Below, in pieces: positions 16,749 through 30,000 of a stretch of DNA of 64,000 bases. The translations under genes were made by a program, and so were the position numbers. This stretch comes from Octopus vulgaris (taxonomy: Eukaryota), in the NCBI GenBank assembly GCA_951406725.2, contig OX597815.1:41354001-41418000 (forward strand). The letters run 5' to 3'. Every line of letters begins with the position of its first letter. Position 1 is the stretch's first letter. Below the pieces are notes generated by a model. The model saw only the letters and a program-made list of their open reading frames with translations. It was not told the origin of the DNA and made no database searches.

Positions 16749-17009
16749 TTGCAGCATGGAAGGTGTTTATAAGTCACTTAAAAAACACACAAAAACCCGT
16801 TAGATTCACTTCAACATTTAAATTTAATTTGTGTCAAAATATTTTTGTCACTTTGAAACCACTGACAAAATTTTGTGCTGCATCTCGAAATTTTGTCAGT
16901 GGTTTCAAAGCAATGAAAATATTTTGACACAAATTAAATTTAAATGTTGAAGTGAATCTAATGGTTTTTGTGTTTTTTAAATGGTTTATAAACACCTTAC
17001 ACGCTGCAA
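16749..17009. repeat. Long palindrome, ~125-bp arms and ~10-nt loop
   Basis: TTGCAGCATGGAAGGTGTTTATAA...TAGATTCACTTCAACATTTAAATTTAATTTGTGTCAAAATATTTT...ACTGACAAAATTT is mirrored around 16876-16885. Confidence 0.95.
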
Positions 17010-17600
17010 TTGTTTTTGTTTCAGCACACGATTTCAGATCAAGTCACTTGCTATGCAAGTACATCTCTGTAAAAGTTAACTTCACATATCTTTTACACAA
17101 TGTCATATAGCCATGTTAGGATATAATTCCAAGACCTCAACCCTCCACAAACTAGACGTTAGTTTAGTTTGTTTCTTTCTCTCCATGTGTTGTTAAATAA
17201 ATAAAATCAGAAATAATTGTCATTGCCAAAATGTGGTGTCGATGATGGGATACAAATAGAGCATATTGTATGTAGCCAAGGGACAAACACATTATCTACT
17301 TTACCACTTTGACCCCTTTGGTCACATATATTAACTCTTGAAGTCTTGCATGAGTAAACACCATTAACATCAAGTTCTGAATCACACTTAAATTATTAAT
17401 GATTTAATTACAGAAAGGGAGCATGAAATCAGAGAAAATAATCAGAATAATATTTCAGTGACATCTGTACATACCAGTATGGAATTTATTCTGAGCAGAA
17501 ATTGAATGATCATGTAGCACTGATTGATACCTTTCTATGAAACTGAAGTAAGCAAGTACTTAAGTTTATCATGTATTCAGCATCATAGAAATGGTTGTAA

Positions 17601-17793
17601 TCATCATCATCATCATCATCGTTTAGCGTCCGCTTTCCATGCTAGCATGGGTTGGACGGGTCAACTGGGGTCTGTGAAGCTGGAAGGCTTCGTCAGGCCC
17701 AGTCAGATCTGGCAGTGTTTCTACGGCTGGATGCCCTTCCTAACGCCAACCACTCCGCGAGTGTAGTGGGTGTTTTTTACGTGCCACCTGCAC
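17601..17793 (-). mobile_element. RTE-tail repeat
   Basis: (CAT)n then the reverse complement of GGTGGCACGTAAAA..GTTGGCGTTAGGAAGGGCATCCAGC..GCTAGCATGGAAAGCGGACG. Confidence 0.9.
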
Positions 17794-18961
17794 GTATCCT
17801 GTGGAAATACTACCTTTAACTCTAAAATTCTAGTAGCATTTTATATAAATTCCCTTGTCTTATTAGAAGTTAGAGATTTTGATGAAATGCAATTAGTCCA
17901 GTATAAAAATATAGCTATTGCATGAATTAATATGAAATTTAGTGACAGGGTGTAATAATTGTTGGTGTACATTATGAATACACTATTAGATAATAAAGAA
18001 AAAAAAATTAGGAAAGACCAAATGATAGCTTTGCTTTTGCTGAGTCACAAAACACAGTGGATACTCTGATGCAGAGGTTTCCAAAATTATTTTGGTGTGG
18101 AACTCATTACAGGGTTTTCCAAAAATTGTATTAAAAAAATTTTTTTTTTTACAAAACTTCACTACCCTAATTTTGATAAGGCATAAGATGAAACAAAAGC
18201 TACTTTAGAGAATTTATTCATATATAAAATTATATAATACTTTGAAAATGGTGAATCACATTTGCCTTATATAACAAATGTTTAAAAAATTTATTTAGAT
18301 ATTTTATCTTGCAGAACCCCAGGAGTTCCTGAGAAACCACTTTAAAGAAACCATGATTTGCTGTCTTATGAATGATAAGACAACCATATGTTTTATAAGT
18401 TTTTCTATCCAAATTATAAAGATGAATAAAACATTTCTCATCATCATCATCCGATGTTTAATAAAAGTTGGGATAGATTTGCAAAACAAGCATTTGCTGT
18501 GCCTAAATCTTAAGTTATCTCAAATAAGGTCTGCTTTAAGTACTTTAACTCTGTTTTGGTTATCTATTAATCATACAACATCCATTTACATACCATTCAT
18601 GTTCTTTGGCATACTTATCCAAATCACATGCATCCATTCATATGACAAAAGCACTTGTCCAGTCAATGCTTTTTTCTTCTAGTCATTTTCTCAACTTAGA
18701 TCTGCAGAATAAAGGGGAAAGTAAAAGAGTGAAGACAAAAATGAAGGCCTAATTAGTAGAAAGGGCTTCAGCAGTTTGATATCTAAGTGAGAACCATATT
18801 CAGTGTGCTAGAAAGGAGTGTGGGAACACAATACTATGTAGACAATATAGTTAATTGATATTAAAAACTGTGTAGTGTAAAATAATTATTTAAGTCTATA
18901 ATTATGGTATATACACCAGGGAATCTAAGGCTATTAATAACTAATATTATTGATAGCTGAA

Positions 18962-19115
18962 AGGTGGAAAGCTGGCAGAATTGTTAGCACTCCAGGTAAA
19001 ATGCTTAGTCACATTTTGTCCACCTTCACATTGTGAATTCAAATTCTGCCGAGCCTGACTTTGCCTTTCATCCTTTTGGGGTCGATAAAATAAGTACCAG
19101 TTAAAGCCTGAGGTC
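18962..19115 (+). mobile_element. Second SINE family (CTGGCAGAAT..GAGTTCAAAT..GTCGATAAAATAAGTACCAGTT)
   Basis: Related copies at about 23590-23760, 38785-39000 and 50935-51510. Confidence 0.75.
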
Positions 19116-22100
19116 GACTGATAGCTGAGTATTAAAAGTTGACTAGCTTCTCTAACAGTTCATTGCAAACAGCAGCAGCAATGAAAAAAAAAAAATGATG
19201 GTAAAACATGATTCACTGAACTATATCTGAAACACCAGTTTAGATGAATAATGTGACATGAAATTAATGAATTTAGTACAGATATACAGTCTCTTAAGTG
19301 AAATTCCAAACACCGAAAAAGCTTTGAAAATCAAAAGTTTCTTTTCTGGAGGTCATTTGCATGCCAAAGCTCATGTTTGGTGCCCACACTCAACCCATAC
19401 TGTCTCTCAGTTCCTTCCACCGAAATGTGCTTCTGCTGCTTGATTTACTTTTTCCTTTTTGGGTTCACTACCATTGCATGGCAACTTGGGCAAGTGTCTT
19501 CTACAGTTCCTGGTCAACAAAAGTCTTGTGAGTGGATTTGGTACACATATTGCGCGAGTGTGTCCTTGTCTTGGCATTGCATAAATAATTGTCACTATCA
19601 TACAAGCAGTGTCATCTATTTCCAGTATCCTGCATGAATATGTCTGGCTATGGAGAAATATCACCTTGTTTGCAAACAGGTGTGGGATGGTGACAAGAAC
19701 ATTTGGTAGTAGAAAATCCACCTAAAAACATTCTAACTCGTGCAAACACAGGAAAGTGGACGTTAAAATGATGATCATAAAATAGGCAGGAATGAAAAGG
19801 TCAAGTGTAATTTGTGTGAAATTTTGAATTAATATAATTAAAACACATTTAATGAAAAATAACTAAATTTTAGATATAATGATACTTGTTTGGATAGAAT
19901 TTTTATTAGCTCCTGTATTTAAAAGAAAAACAGAATGTAAATATATTAAACCCAATTCATGTAGAAGAAAAAAAAATGAAGCCATGGCTCCGTTTGTGCA
20001 TGAGATTTTAAAATACTTATGCAAAAAATCTTTGAAAGAAACGAACAACTCGAAAAATTTCCCTTTTTGAAAAAATAAACACGCTATATTTTGTGGTTTT
20101 GATTTTGCTACGTGTGAGAAGATTCTACTACAGCAGAGGAAAAAATTAAATGAACCGATACGAGGTATGTCAATGGACTTTCAAAATAAATATCATGAAT
20201 AAAATGTAATTCCTTGTTTATTTGTTTTTGGTGTTTTTCGGGATTTTTCGACAATTCTGCATTGTAAAACATGCGGAAATCCCTTTTTGAAAAATTAAAT
20301 CTATGTTTTTCATGTCTCAGCTCCCTACGCCTCCAGCCCCGTGTCTTTGGAATAGCTACCACGATTAAATTTTTTTTTTCTTTTTCTTCCTTTTGCGATG
20401 TACAAGCGTTTTTGTAATGTGGGATATTGTATATTATCGAAAAATACCAGAATAAAAAATGAAGATATAAAAAAAAATCTATTCTATTTGAGACATCTGT
20501 TCCGAAAATCCGCCGGTCCACCGACCAAATAGAAATAGCAATGAATTTCTGCTGAATCGCCCCACCCCCCCCCCACTTCACATTTAAAAAATGTATTCCA
20601 TTATTACGATGCCGGAAAACTTGGTTTAGACGTTTTAGTCGCGTCCATCCTCTCTGCACAATCTAGATTGAATGGTGCGAAATAGCAATCGATTCCTTTT
20701 TATTTACATAAAAATTTTAATATCCTGTACTAACCAGATACATCAGGAATAGCGGAATTCGAACGAACGGAATGAACCAACTAATTGGCACTCGTTCATA
20801 AAAAAAAGCAGTACTTTTGGTTATTTCTCATGAAAATTATCATACCAATCACATATCAAAATATGATTTACAGAAATAATTAAGTGATTACAAAAAAAAA
20901 ACCAAATTATTCACTGCAACTACTGACTACTAAAAGGGCTATAGTTTTCTATCTTGTAAATTAACGTTATACGTTCTCAAAGTAACAACTATGTAAACAT
21001 TATTTCAAGGGAAATAACTTTGGAATAAAGTGCACTGGCTTCGGAGTTTAAAGAACGATGTTTTGATATGACACATTATATAAACACATTTCTTACATGT
21101 GATTGTGTACACGCATGCGCATAAGTTATATGTATATTTACATATATGCGCATGCGCAAAATATGTGTGTGTACACACACATATACACGCGCTCACACAA
21201 ATAATGTATATACACATTACATATATATATACACACATACATACACCATAAATATAAAATGATGCATATCTGTATATATACACATTTATATATCTACATA
21301 AATACGTATTGCACCATAGGGCTAGCCCCTAAACTTACCAAATACTTCAATCTCTCCTACAAGGATTCATTCTGATCAGCTTTTAAAACTCACAACATAT
21401 CCAATCCCCAAGAAAACTACATCTCTGACAGCCAACTATCTCCTCTTGCAACTGACTCCTTACATCTTCAATGTAATGAAGACAACCATTCACAACACCG
21501 GCAATCTCTCTCTCTCCAAAATGACCATAATTCTGTCATAATAAACATACAAGACTCTTTCCCTTTATCTTATCACCTACCCCTGCCTCAGCCCACCTCT
21601 CCTACTGCCAATCATTCCTGTACTGACTCCACCCAACAAATGTCCGTCTTTTTCCCATAGCACTCTTGCTCCTTCCACCCTCCCACTCATTTGGGTACTT
21701 TTCATCTCTCTCTCTATCTATCTATCATTCCCCTCCGCAGTCACTCGAGAAAATGTAAATACCCTAGGTTAAAAAGTACTCACTACACTTCTAACCCTGC
21801 CTCTGCTATCACATCTACCTTTCCTATTTCCATCCTCATCTAAACACCGCCACACCACAAGTTACTAAATGTTCTCAACATTTACTGCGTACAATGCACT
21901 TCAACTTCTATGCTGATCCTATGATGGAACCTGCCATGCACCATCTACAGGTGGATGGTGGGTGCAGTTACCTCCTTAGTGCTAGTGCCACAAAAACGCA
22001 TCCGGTATATACTATAAAATGATTGGCACATGAGTAGAAATAGTTGCAATGTCCCTTTAATCTGTCCCACCAAAAGTCTATTCAACTTCTCTAGTTGGGG

Positions 22101-22454
22101 TGCCATGAGAAGTATTTGGAGATAGTAAGGGCATCCAGCCATAGAAACCAAACCAAATGATGTTTGTGGAGGGAGTATATACATCACATTTTTATGGACC
22201 CATATTAAAGTTAGAATAACAAGATATAATTTGTAGAACGCGACTTTATTTTTTTTTTGCAGATTAATCCTCTACATTTAAAAATTATATTTTAGAAAAA
22301 AACAAAACAAAGCAATTTAAAGATTAACTTAGAGTACTCTGAAGTAAAGAAGGGACAAAAACATGGAAAAAAAATTTTTTAAAGAAACAATCTCAGTGGT
22401 ATCACCAATTTTACGCCTAGAAGCAGAAATTTTCCAGAATAAATCAAAATCAAT

Positions 22455-22950
22455 TCAATGACTGGCATCCGTGCTAGTGGGGTGCAAAGAGCACCATACG
22501 AGTGTGATCCTTGACATTCGAGTATGATCATTACCAGCGTTGCCTTACTGGCACTTATGCCTGTGCTAGTAGGGTGCCAAGAGCACCATCTGAGCGTGAT
22601 CGTTGCCAGAGCAGCCAACTGGCTTCCGTACCCGTGGCACGTAAAAGGGCACCATTCGAGCGTGATGGTTACCAACGTCGCTTCACTGGTACCTGTGCCA
22701 GTGGAACATGTAAAAAGATTCGAGCGAGGTCATTGCCAGTACTGCCTGACTGGCCCCCGTACCGGTGGCACGTAAAAAGCACCCACTACACTCTCGGAGA
22801 GGTTGGCATTAGGAAGGGCATCCAGCCGTAGAAACTCTGCCAGATCAAGATTGGAGCCTGGTGCAGCCATCTGGTTCGCCAGCCCTCAGTCAAAATCGTC
22901 CAACCCATGCTAGCATGGAAAGCAGACGTTAAATGATGATGATGATGATG
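22455..22950 (+). mobile_element. RTE 3'-UTR-derived repeat with tandem ~60-bp units and (GAT)n tail
   Basis: Repeated GCACCAT.CGAGCGTGAT..TT.CCAG and GGCACGTAAAA units; tail matches 36600-36774. Confidence 0.9.
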
Positions 22951-23856
22951 AAATAGCAGATATGTGCAGGTATGGTTGTTTGGTTAAGTCCCACAGCAGA
23001 CCACCTTAGGCTAGGTCAATCAATACCTTGTGAGTGAATCTAATAGATGATAACAGTGGAAGCCCATCATGTGTATGTGCATATATGTGTATGTGTTTGC
23101 TTACATTCCTGTAAGTTAACCATTTAGTAAAAAATGCAAATAAGTACCAGACTTTAAAAAATATAATGAGATTAATCTGTTTGACTTATTAAAACCCTTC
23201 AAGGATGTACTCCAATATGGCCACAATCCAATGACTGGAACAAGATAGATGATAAAGTTCAACTCATTTCGTTTTTTGTAGATGCACTAAGATATGATTC
23301 ATATGCATGCACAGACAAATTTTAGCACAACTAAAACTTTCCAATTGTGACTCCACTGACATTTAACTCAAAACTTAAACCCCAAACCCAAACTTAATCC
23401 TAACCAATAATATTAATCCAAAATTGTACTAAACTTTATTTAAAAACCCAGTAAAATGAAACAGACCAGACTATTCAAGACTGAAGTAAGAAGTTCTTAA
23501 TCTCTAATGTTGAAAACAGAAATCCAAAACAATTCCTGGAGAGGAAATTAGGCAGGTGAGGAAAGTTACAAGTATAGTTCTTATTATATGGCATTTCATC
23601 AATCTTTACATTGTGAGTTCAAATTCTGCTGAGGTTAACTTATCCTTTCAGGATTGATAAAAATAATAAGTACCAGTTGAGCACTGGGATTGATGTAATT
23701 AACTTACACTCTCTCCTGGAGTTACGAGCCTTGTGTCAAAATTTGAAACCAAATATTATCATTACTATTTTCATTTATTTGACGGTTATTTGTCCTCATC
23801 TTGGGGAAATTTCAAACATGGGTTCTCATTCCTAAGGTATTTTTTGATATTATTCA

Positions 23857-23929
23857 GGTCACTGCTGGGAATCGAACTCAGAATCTTGGGGTCAGTAGCC
23901 CGCACTCTTAACCACCACGCCACATGCCC
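23857..23929 (-). other. tRNA-like (Pol III A/B box) segment inside the PLE 3' pLTR; second copy at 25688-25753(+)
   Basis: GGGCATG TGGCGTGGTGG TTAAGAGTGCGGG CTACTGA CCCCAAGATTCT GAGTTCGATTCC CAGCAGTGACC. The acceptor stem is imperfect, so this is not a functional tRNA. Confidence 0.7.
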
Positions 23930-25795
23930 GTGGGCAATTATGGAGTGAATTTTAGGGCTTATAAAACTAGTATTTTCCTATCATTCCTTAATACCGGTTC
24001 CCATATGCTATTCATATCCGCACTCAGTCTGCTTAGCAGGTTGTTGTGTCATAGCATATGTGCTGCTTCTTTTAGTTTTCATATTTTCCAGTAGTGTTCT
24101 CTATTATTTTAACTTCATCCCATAGTGGGGAGACGGTCTCCATTTTTCCATACATGATCAGCTATACCCAATTTATCACTATCTCCTCGTGTCGCAGTGT
24201 TGCGATGTTCCTCTACCCTTATTTTGAGGGGGTGGCATGTTTCACCTTTGTAGAACCTACCACAGCTGCATTTGATGGAGTACATGCAGTTTGTGGTCAT
24301 ATTCTCTTCAACTGGTGGTTTTACTCAAAGAAGATATTCCCTAAGTGTTGTATTACTTTTAAATATTGTCCTGATGTCATATGGGCCACATACCTTTTGT
24401 ATTTTTTCAGAGAGGCCTTTCACATAGGGTAGACAGACTGGACAGTTCATTGGTTTCATCCTCTCTTTTCTTCATAATTGGAGTGGATAGTATGTTTTTT
24501 GGGTAGTTGTTGCTTAATAGATTGTTGCTGAGCTTGATCATTACTTATATTCTTTGCTCAATGTTTTAGGCACTGAGCAATCCCTCTCTTTACACTGTAT
24601 GGATGGTGGGAATTGAAGCTGAAGTACTGTCCAATAAAGGTCAGCTTGCAGTATACGGATGTCCTGAAACCATACTTGGTATGTGTTATTAATACATCCA
24701 GGAATGCTAGCTGATTATCTATTTCCTTTTCCATTGTGAACTGTATGGATGGCTTTATTGAGTTCACATCATCAAACAACACTTGGACATCTTCCAGGTG
24801 GGGCCAGAGTATATCAATATATCACAGCCAAATTCTCAAAGTATTCCATGTATATATTGGCTATTAGCGGTGATAACAGTGAACCTATATCTAAACCCTT
24901 TTCCTGTCGATATATATCAGTGTCCATAATGAAGTAGGTAGTTTCTACACAGAAGGTCAACATTTCCATCAAGTTTCTTATTGGTATGCTAGTGCGTTCT
25001 TTTAGATGGGTGTCTGTCACTAGTTTTTCTTGAACCACTGATAGTATTTCACCAGTTGGGACTTTGGTGAACAGACTTATCACATCTAGACTCACCATCA
25101 GGTTGGATTCAATGGGGATATCCTTGATCAATTCTGTAAAATGAGTGGAATTCTTCATGTACAATGTTGACTTTCCTGTTAGTGGACTGAATATATCCAC
25201 AAGGAAGCGGCTCAGTGGATGACATGCTGAACCTCTACAGCTCACTATAGGTCTTAATGAATACTTGAGAATCTCAAGGACAACAATTCGCAAATATCTC
25301 CTTGGAGTAAAACCACCAACAGAAGAGAATATGACCAAAAACTGCATGTACTCCATCAAATGCAGCTGTGGTAGGTTATACAAAGGTGAAACATGCCACC
25401 CCCTCAAAATAAGGGTAGAGGAACATCGCAACGCTGTGACATGAGAAAATATTGATATATTGGGTATAGCTGATCATGTATGGAAAAATGGAGACCACCT
25501 CCCCTTGTGAGATGAAGTTAATAGAGAACACAACTGGAAAACTAAAAGCAGCAGCACATATGCTAGGACACAACAACCTCTTAAGCAGACTGAGTGCAGA
25601 TATGAATAGCATATGGGAACCGGTATTAAGGGAAGATAGGAAAATATTAGTTTTATAAGCCCTAAAAATCCCTCCATAATTGCCCATGGGCATAGTGGTT
25701 ACGAGTGCAGGCTACTAACCACAAGATTCCGAGTTCGATTCCAGGCAGTGACCTGAACAACAACAACATCGAAATCCAGGTTCGAAATTTCCCCA

Positions 25796-25840
25796 AGACA
25801 CCTGACGAAGCCTGGAGGGTACATCGGCTGAAATGTGTTA
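25796..25840 (+). ncRNA. Hammerhead-ribozyme-like motif in PLE pLTR (probably degenerate)
   Basis: GACAC CTGACGA AGCC-(13 nt)-GGCT GAAA TGTGTT: intact CUGANGA and GAAA core with stem II; stem III and the cleavage triplet are truncated. Confidence 0.65.
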
Positions 25841-26363
25841 ACAACAAACAAGAGGGGGACAAATATCAGTCAAATGTAAATAATGTACATAATTCCTCAT
25901 CTTTTAAATACAGACACATATGTAGGTATGTGTGTATATATATATACATAAAGATTTCGTTTAGGCATAGCTATACTAATAACCTGGTGTTAGAATTCAA
26001 TATACATATGCTTTAGAAGTAAGGCATTAGGTGAGTACAGAAAATATGAAAATGACAAGTGAACAGAAATTAAGTAATCAACTTGATTAGCTTACTCAGC
26101 TTTGATTGCAATGCATGTTATGACAGAAACAGCTGTAACCCAATGAAATTGATTACATAAATGTTCTTCCTTTGTCATATATATAATCTAATGCTCTTAG
26201 CTTAGTTTTTCCTTGGGGCTGGCCAGATTGGATTAATCAAGATTAATCAGCTGAAATTGCGAGGATGATCCAGTTCTTGACTGAAGATTAAAGGCTTCAA
26301 ATGATCCGTCCATGTTTTTTGTATCGTCTTCTGGATGTTTTGCATTCTTGTCCCATTTTGTAT

Positions 26364-26410
<47 letters not shown>

Positions 26411-26842
26411 CATACACACACACACACATACAAGTGAGTGAATGAATGAAAGAAAGGCACGCAACACATTTAGGAGTTACATGTATTACTTAAAAATGCA
26501 GCTACATGTTGAAACTAACTCACATGGAACTGAATTAGAATGTTTTAAATAATATGTATGTATGTATGCATGCATGAGTGTACGTGTCCATGTTCATATG
26601 CACAGCGAATAAAAATACATGTACATTTATGCATATGGGGATCATACACATGCATGCACATATGTGCATACATATTTGTACATGAGCATATATGAAATGC
26701 ATGTCAGTATATAAATATATCTCCTTTTCAAAAAAAAAAAGCTGAACTACATATCAAACTTTCAAAATGAAAAGAAGTGTGCATATTTACAAAGTATAGC
26801 ACAACAAAAAATGCATTCAGCAAATATATCTATATATATATT

Positions 26843-27062
26843 GCCGGTGGCATGTAAAAAGCACCAACCGATTGTGGCCGTTGCCAGCCTACCCTGGCAC
26901 ATACAAAACACCCACTACACTCACGGAGTGGCTGGCGTTAGGAAGGGCATCCAGCTGTAGAAACACTGCCAGATCAGATTGGAGCCTGGTGCAGCCTCCT
27001 GGCTTCCCAGACCGTTCAACCCATGCTAGCATGGAAAACGGACATTAAACGATGATGATGAT
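26843..27062 (+). mobile_element. RTE-tail repeat
   Basis: TGCCGGTGGCATGTAAAAAGCACC...GGAAGGGCATCCAGCTGTAGAAAC...TTAAACGATGATGATG. Confidence 0.9.
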
Positions 27063-30000
27063 ATTGGTATATGACAAATTAGAATGAGAATGCCATTGAA
27101 AAGATATGTAACCAAAGTTTGCAGGTATATACATTGTATGAAATATTTGAACAAGAAAAACTTTTAACAAAGAATGCTTAAAGTTCAGTTGTGATATCAA
27201 AGGAAGACAGTGCACATTGGAAATAAGACATGCTTGCCAGAGCAAATGTTATGCAGAAAGAAAATTCCCTAAGAAATTTGAAATATGATAAGCACAAGCA
27301 TGGTCATGCAGACAAGAAGCTTGCTTCATAGCCACATGGTTTTAGGTTCAATTTCATTGCATAGAACATTAGGTGTCTTCTATGATAGCCTTGTGAGTGT
27401 TAGTTGATAGACAGGAACTGCATATGCGGATATGTGTGTTTATATGGTGTGTACATATGTCTGAGTATGTGTATGTCAGTGTATATGTCCCCTATATGTC
27501 TTTGTCTTACCGCTACTTAGACTAAAGATCAGAGAAGCATTTTACATGAACAAGTAAGGGTCTGCATCAAAAAAGGGTATTTGACAAGAAAACTGCCTCA
27601 AGTAGTCTCATCCAACCAATGCTAATATGAAAAAAGTAGACGTAAAAATGATGATAATGATTTGTGAGGAATGTAGAAGTGACTAAACTTTGCCAAAAAT
27701 AAAATGCAGCTGCTTAAATGTGGTTAGGTAGGCATCAGAAAACCCTTACACTCACATGTGAAAAGCAATATACATGAAAAGTGGTCGACAATTTTTAGTC
27801 ATCTGATGTACTAAACAGAATAATTTGAATTATTATTATTATTTTTTAGTATCATTATCCCAAAATTCAGGAGAATTTACTGCAGTAGTTCTTTGCTAGA
27901 TTGCTTGTAGTACTGGTAAAACCAAGTGCAATGATATTTCTGTCATGGTACTAAGCCAATGAATGTGTTATTCAATTTTTTTTATCAAAGGAAAAGATGA
28001 ACTGCCTGGTGTAGAGATAGTTGAGATACAGGAACAAGGTATAGAAAAAACAGCAAATAAAATGGTTGATCCTCAACATAAGCTTGTTTCAGTCAGTCAG
28101 TGTTGATAATCTCCCTTCAACCATAACTGTTTACACTGAACAACTTGGGAGCTTGATATAAGACTTTGAACAGACCCATGTAGAATGTTTGAAGCGGTTC
28201 CGATATGGAATATCAGAAGAAAACATGTGATCAATCCAAGAGATTGTTTGGAGCATGTACTGTAGGGTGTTGTAGTCAAGTGACAAACAGTGAAATAGGG
28301 AATATGTGTTCCTGCAATCAGAGCACTTATTTTGACAAGTCAGTCACTGAGGAAAAGCATGTAGGTACATCTTGATAGAAGTTCCATACAGTACTTCTTA
28401 CCAGTGCACTCTCAATTCCTCTTTTACAGAAGAACATATTCTCAGTAAAATGAGAAGATATTCCTACAATCTGGTGAGGACCTGCTGGCCTTTAAGAGCA
28501 GCCTTGATTTGATGGAAATATTCCTATGTACTGTTCACTGCTGGATGAGAAGTAATAGTGCGAGTTCAAGTACACTCTAGTGGTTGTGTGAAACTTGAAC
28601 TAGTGCTCCTTGCAATGCTAGCTAGTGTAGTGGAAGATACATTTTATGGCATTCAAATTCCACTGCAATATTGACTAAATGAATAGCACTGGGTCATCTG
28701 CTATACATGTCAACACAACTGAGCAAAAAAGGTAGATGTCCAAGATGACTGATGTGCACATGCTCAAATCTTATGTCTGGTGTTGTGAAAGTGCCCAAAG
28801 GTGATTTGAAACAGCAACATACTTTGGCTTTTAGTCAAGTAATTGTTTCCAGCCCATTACTGAATGTTTTTGCTGATACTGTTTCAAATAAATCATAATG
28901 ATATTAATTTGAATATTGTAATAGCACCTGGATAAGTTAAAAAGGGAATGTTTTTTATAATACAGAAGCTTGTCCATGACCTATATATATATACAACTTA
29001 TAAATTTAACCTTTAAAGGTATTTTTTCTAAAAGCTGGCCATTGAGAGAATTTTTTTCGAAAACTTTTATCCTATATTAGACGTGTGTATATATATATAT
29101 ATATATATACATATATCACAATACATCTATCTATTTGAAGAAGAGACAAAGGACAAATTCTATAGTATAACTAACACTTTGCTAATCTGCTACCATTTAT
29201 TCAAAATTAATAGTAGAGGAGCGTAGCATGTTAATACAGGTATGATGAAGTTCATCTGTGGATGCATTTTCTAGTCCTTTAATGTATTTGGTGTCAGTAG
29301 TGGATTATATGTATTCTTTAAGGCAAATGTTGATGGTTTATGGTCTGTATACTTCAAGCCTTCCAACAATTACTGAATATGCTTTATGCCTAAATAAGAT
29401 GCTAATAATTCTTACTGAAAAGTACCATCTTTTAATTCAGATAATTGTAGGTGCTTGGACAAGAAAGAACATAGTGATCAGTTTCCAACTATCAGTTCTT
29501 GATGAACTCCTCCCATTCAACACATCTATCAATGAATACAGAGGTATGTGGACTTGAAGTGTAGTTCTGGCCAATTTTAATTTAATCTTTTGGAAAGCTT
29601 AAGTCCATTGTCATCCTAATTAATAGGTTGATATTTTCTTTTCTCATGGTCAACAATTAAGTGATTTGTGCATAATGATGAAACAAAAATCAGCAATAAA
29701 AATTAACAAGACAAACACATTCTCTTAATCTAAGTAAAGTGCATACTGGAAACTCATGAATAGCTTTGCCTTTTTTGTTGAGTAAGTGACTTTCAAATTT
29801 GTTCACTGTATGTCTCAGAAATATCAGTGAGGAAGTACACTTGATTGGTTACTATGATATATTCTGTTGATCTTTCTACAAGTAAATGATGTTCTACATG
29901 TTACTTTTCAGTAGACCACATGACTAGGTCAGCATTAGGAATGGTATCCAGCTGTAGAAACCGAGCCAAAACAGACTATGGAAACTGGTGTGGCCTCTGA

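Larger units (their letters stand above)
23770..25915 (-). mobile_element. Penelope-like element: 5'-truncated RT plus GIY-YIG on minus (25260 to 23770) with an inverted plus-strand copy of GIY-YIG/pLTR (about 25280-25915)
   Basis: LRPIVS, MVSLDVISLFTKVP, GSLLSPLIANIYME, FTMEKE..LAFLDV, F.SHHP..VKRGI (PLE RT) and CMYSIKCSCGRFYKGET...RVEEH...IADHVW (GIY-YIG). About 23770-24345 is the reverse complement of about 25285-25885. Confidence 0.95.

Noticed and set aside
22455-22790. CRISPR-like repeat/spacer appearance
   Set aside because: Whole units, including the would-be spacers, are similar to each other and belong to the RTE 3' UTR; eukaryotic context, no cas genes.
23857-23929. Functional tRNA gene
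   Set aside because: Broken acceptor stem, atypical anticodon loop, and embedded in a retroelement. SINE heads elsewhere are likewise tRNA-derived only.
26190-26368. Possible third hammerhead (CTGAAGA at 26281, GCTGAAAT at 26250) in a pLTR-like repeat
   Set aside because: Could not assemble core, stem II and GAAA in the correct order; left unclassified.
27950-28850. Higher-complexity stretch that might hide exons
   Set aside because: No sustained ORF or recognisable motif; probably a decayed TE, unresolved without a search.
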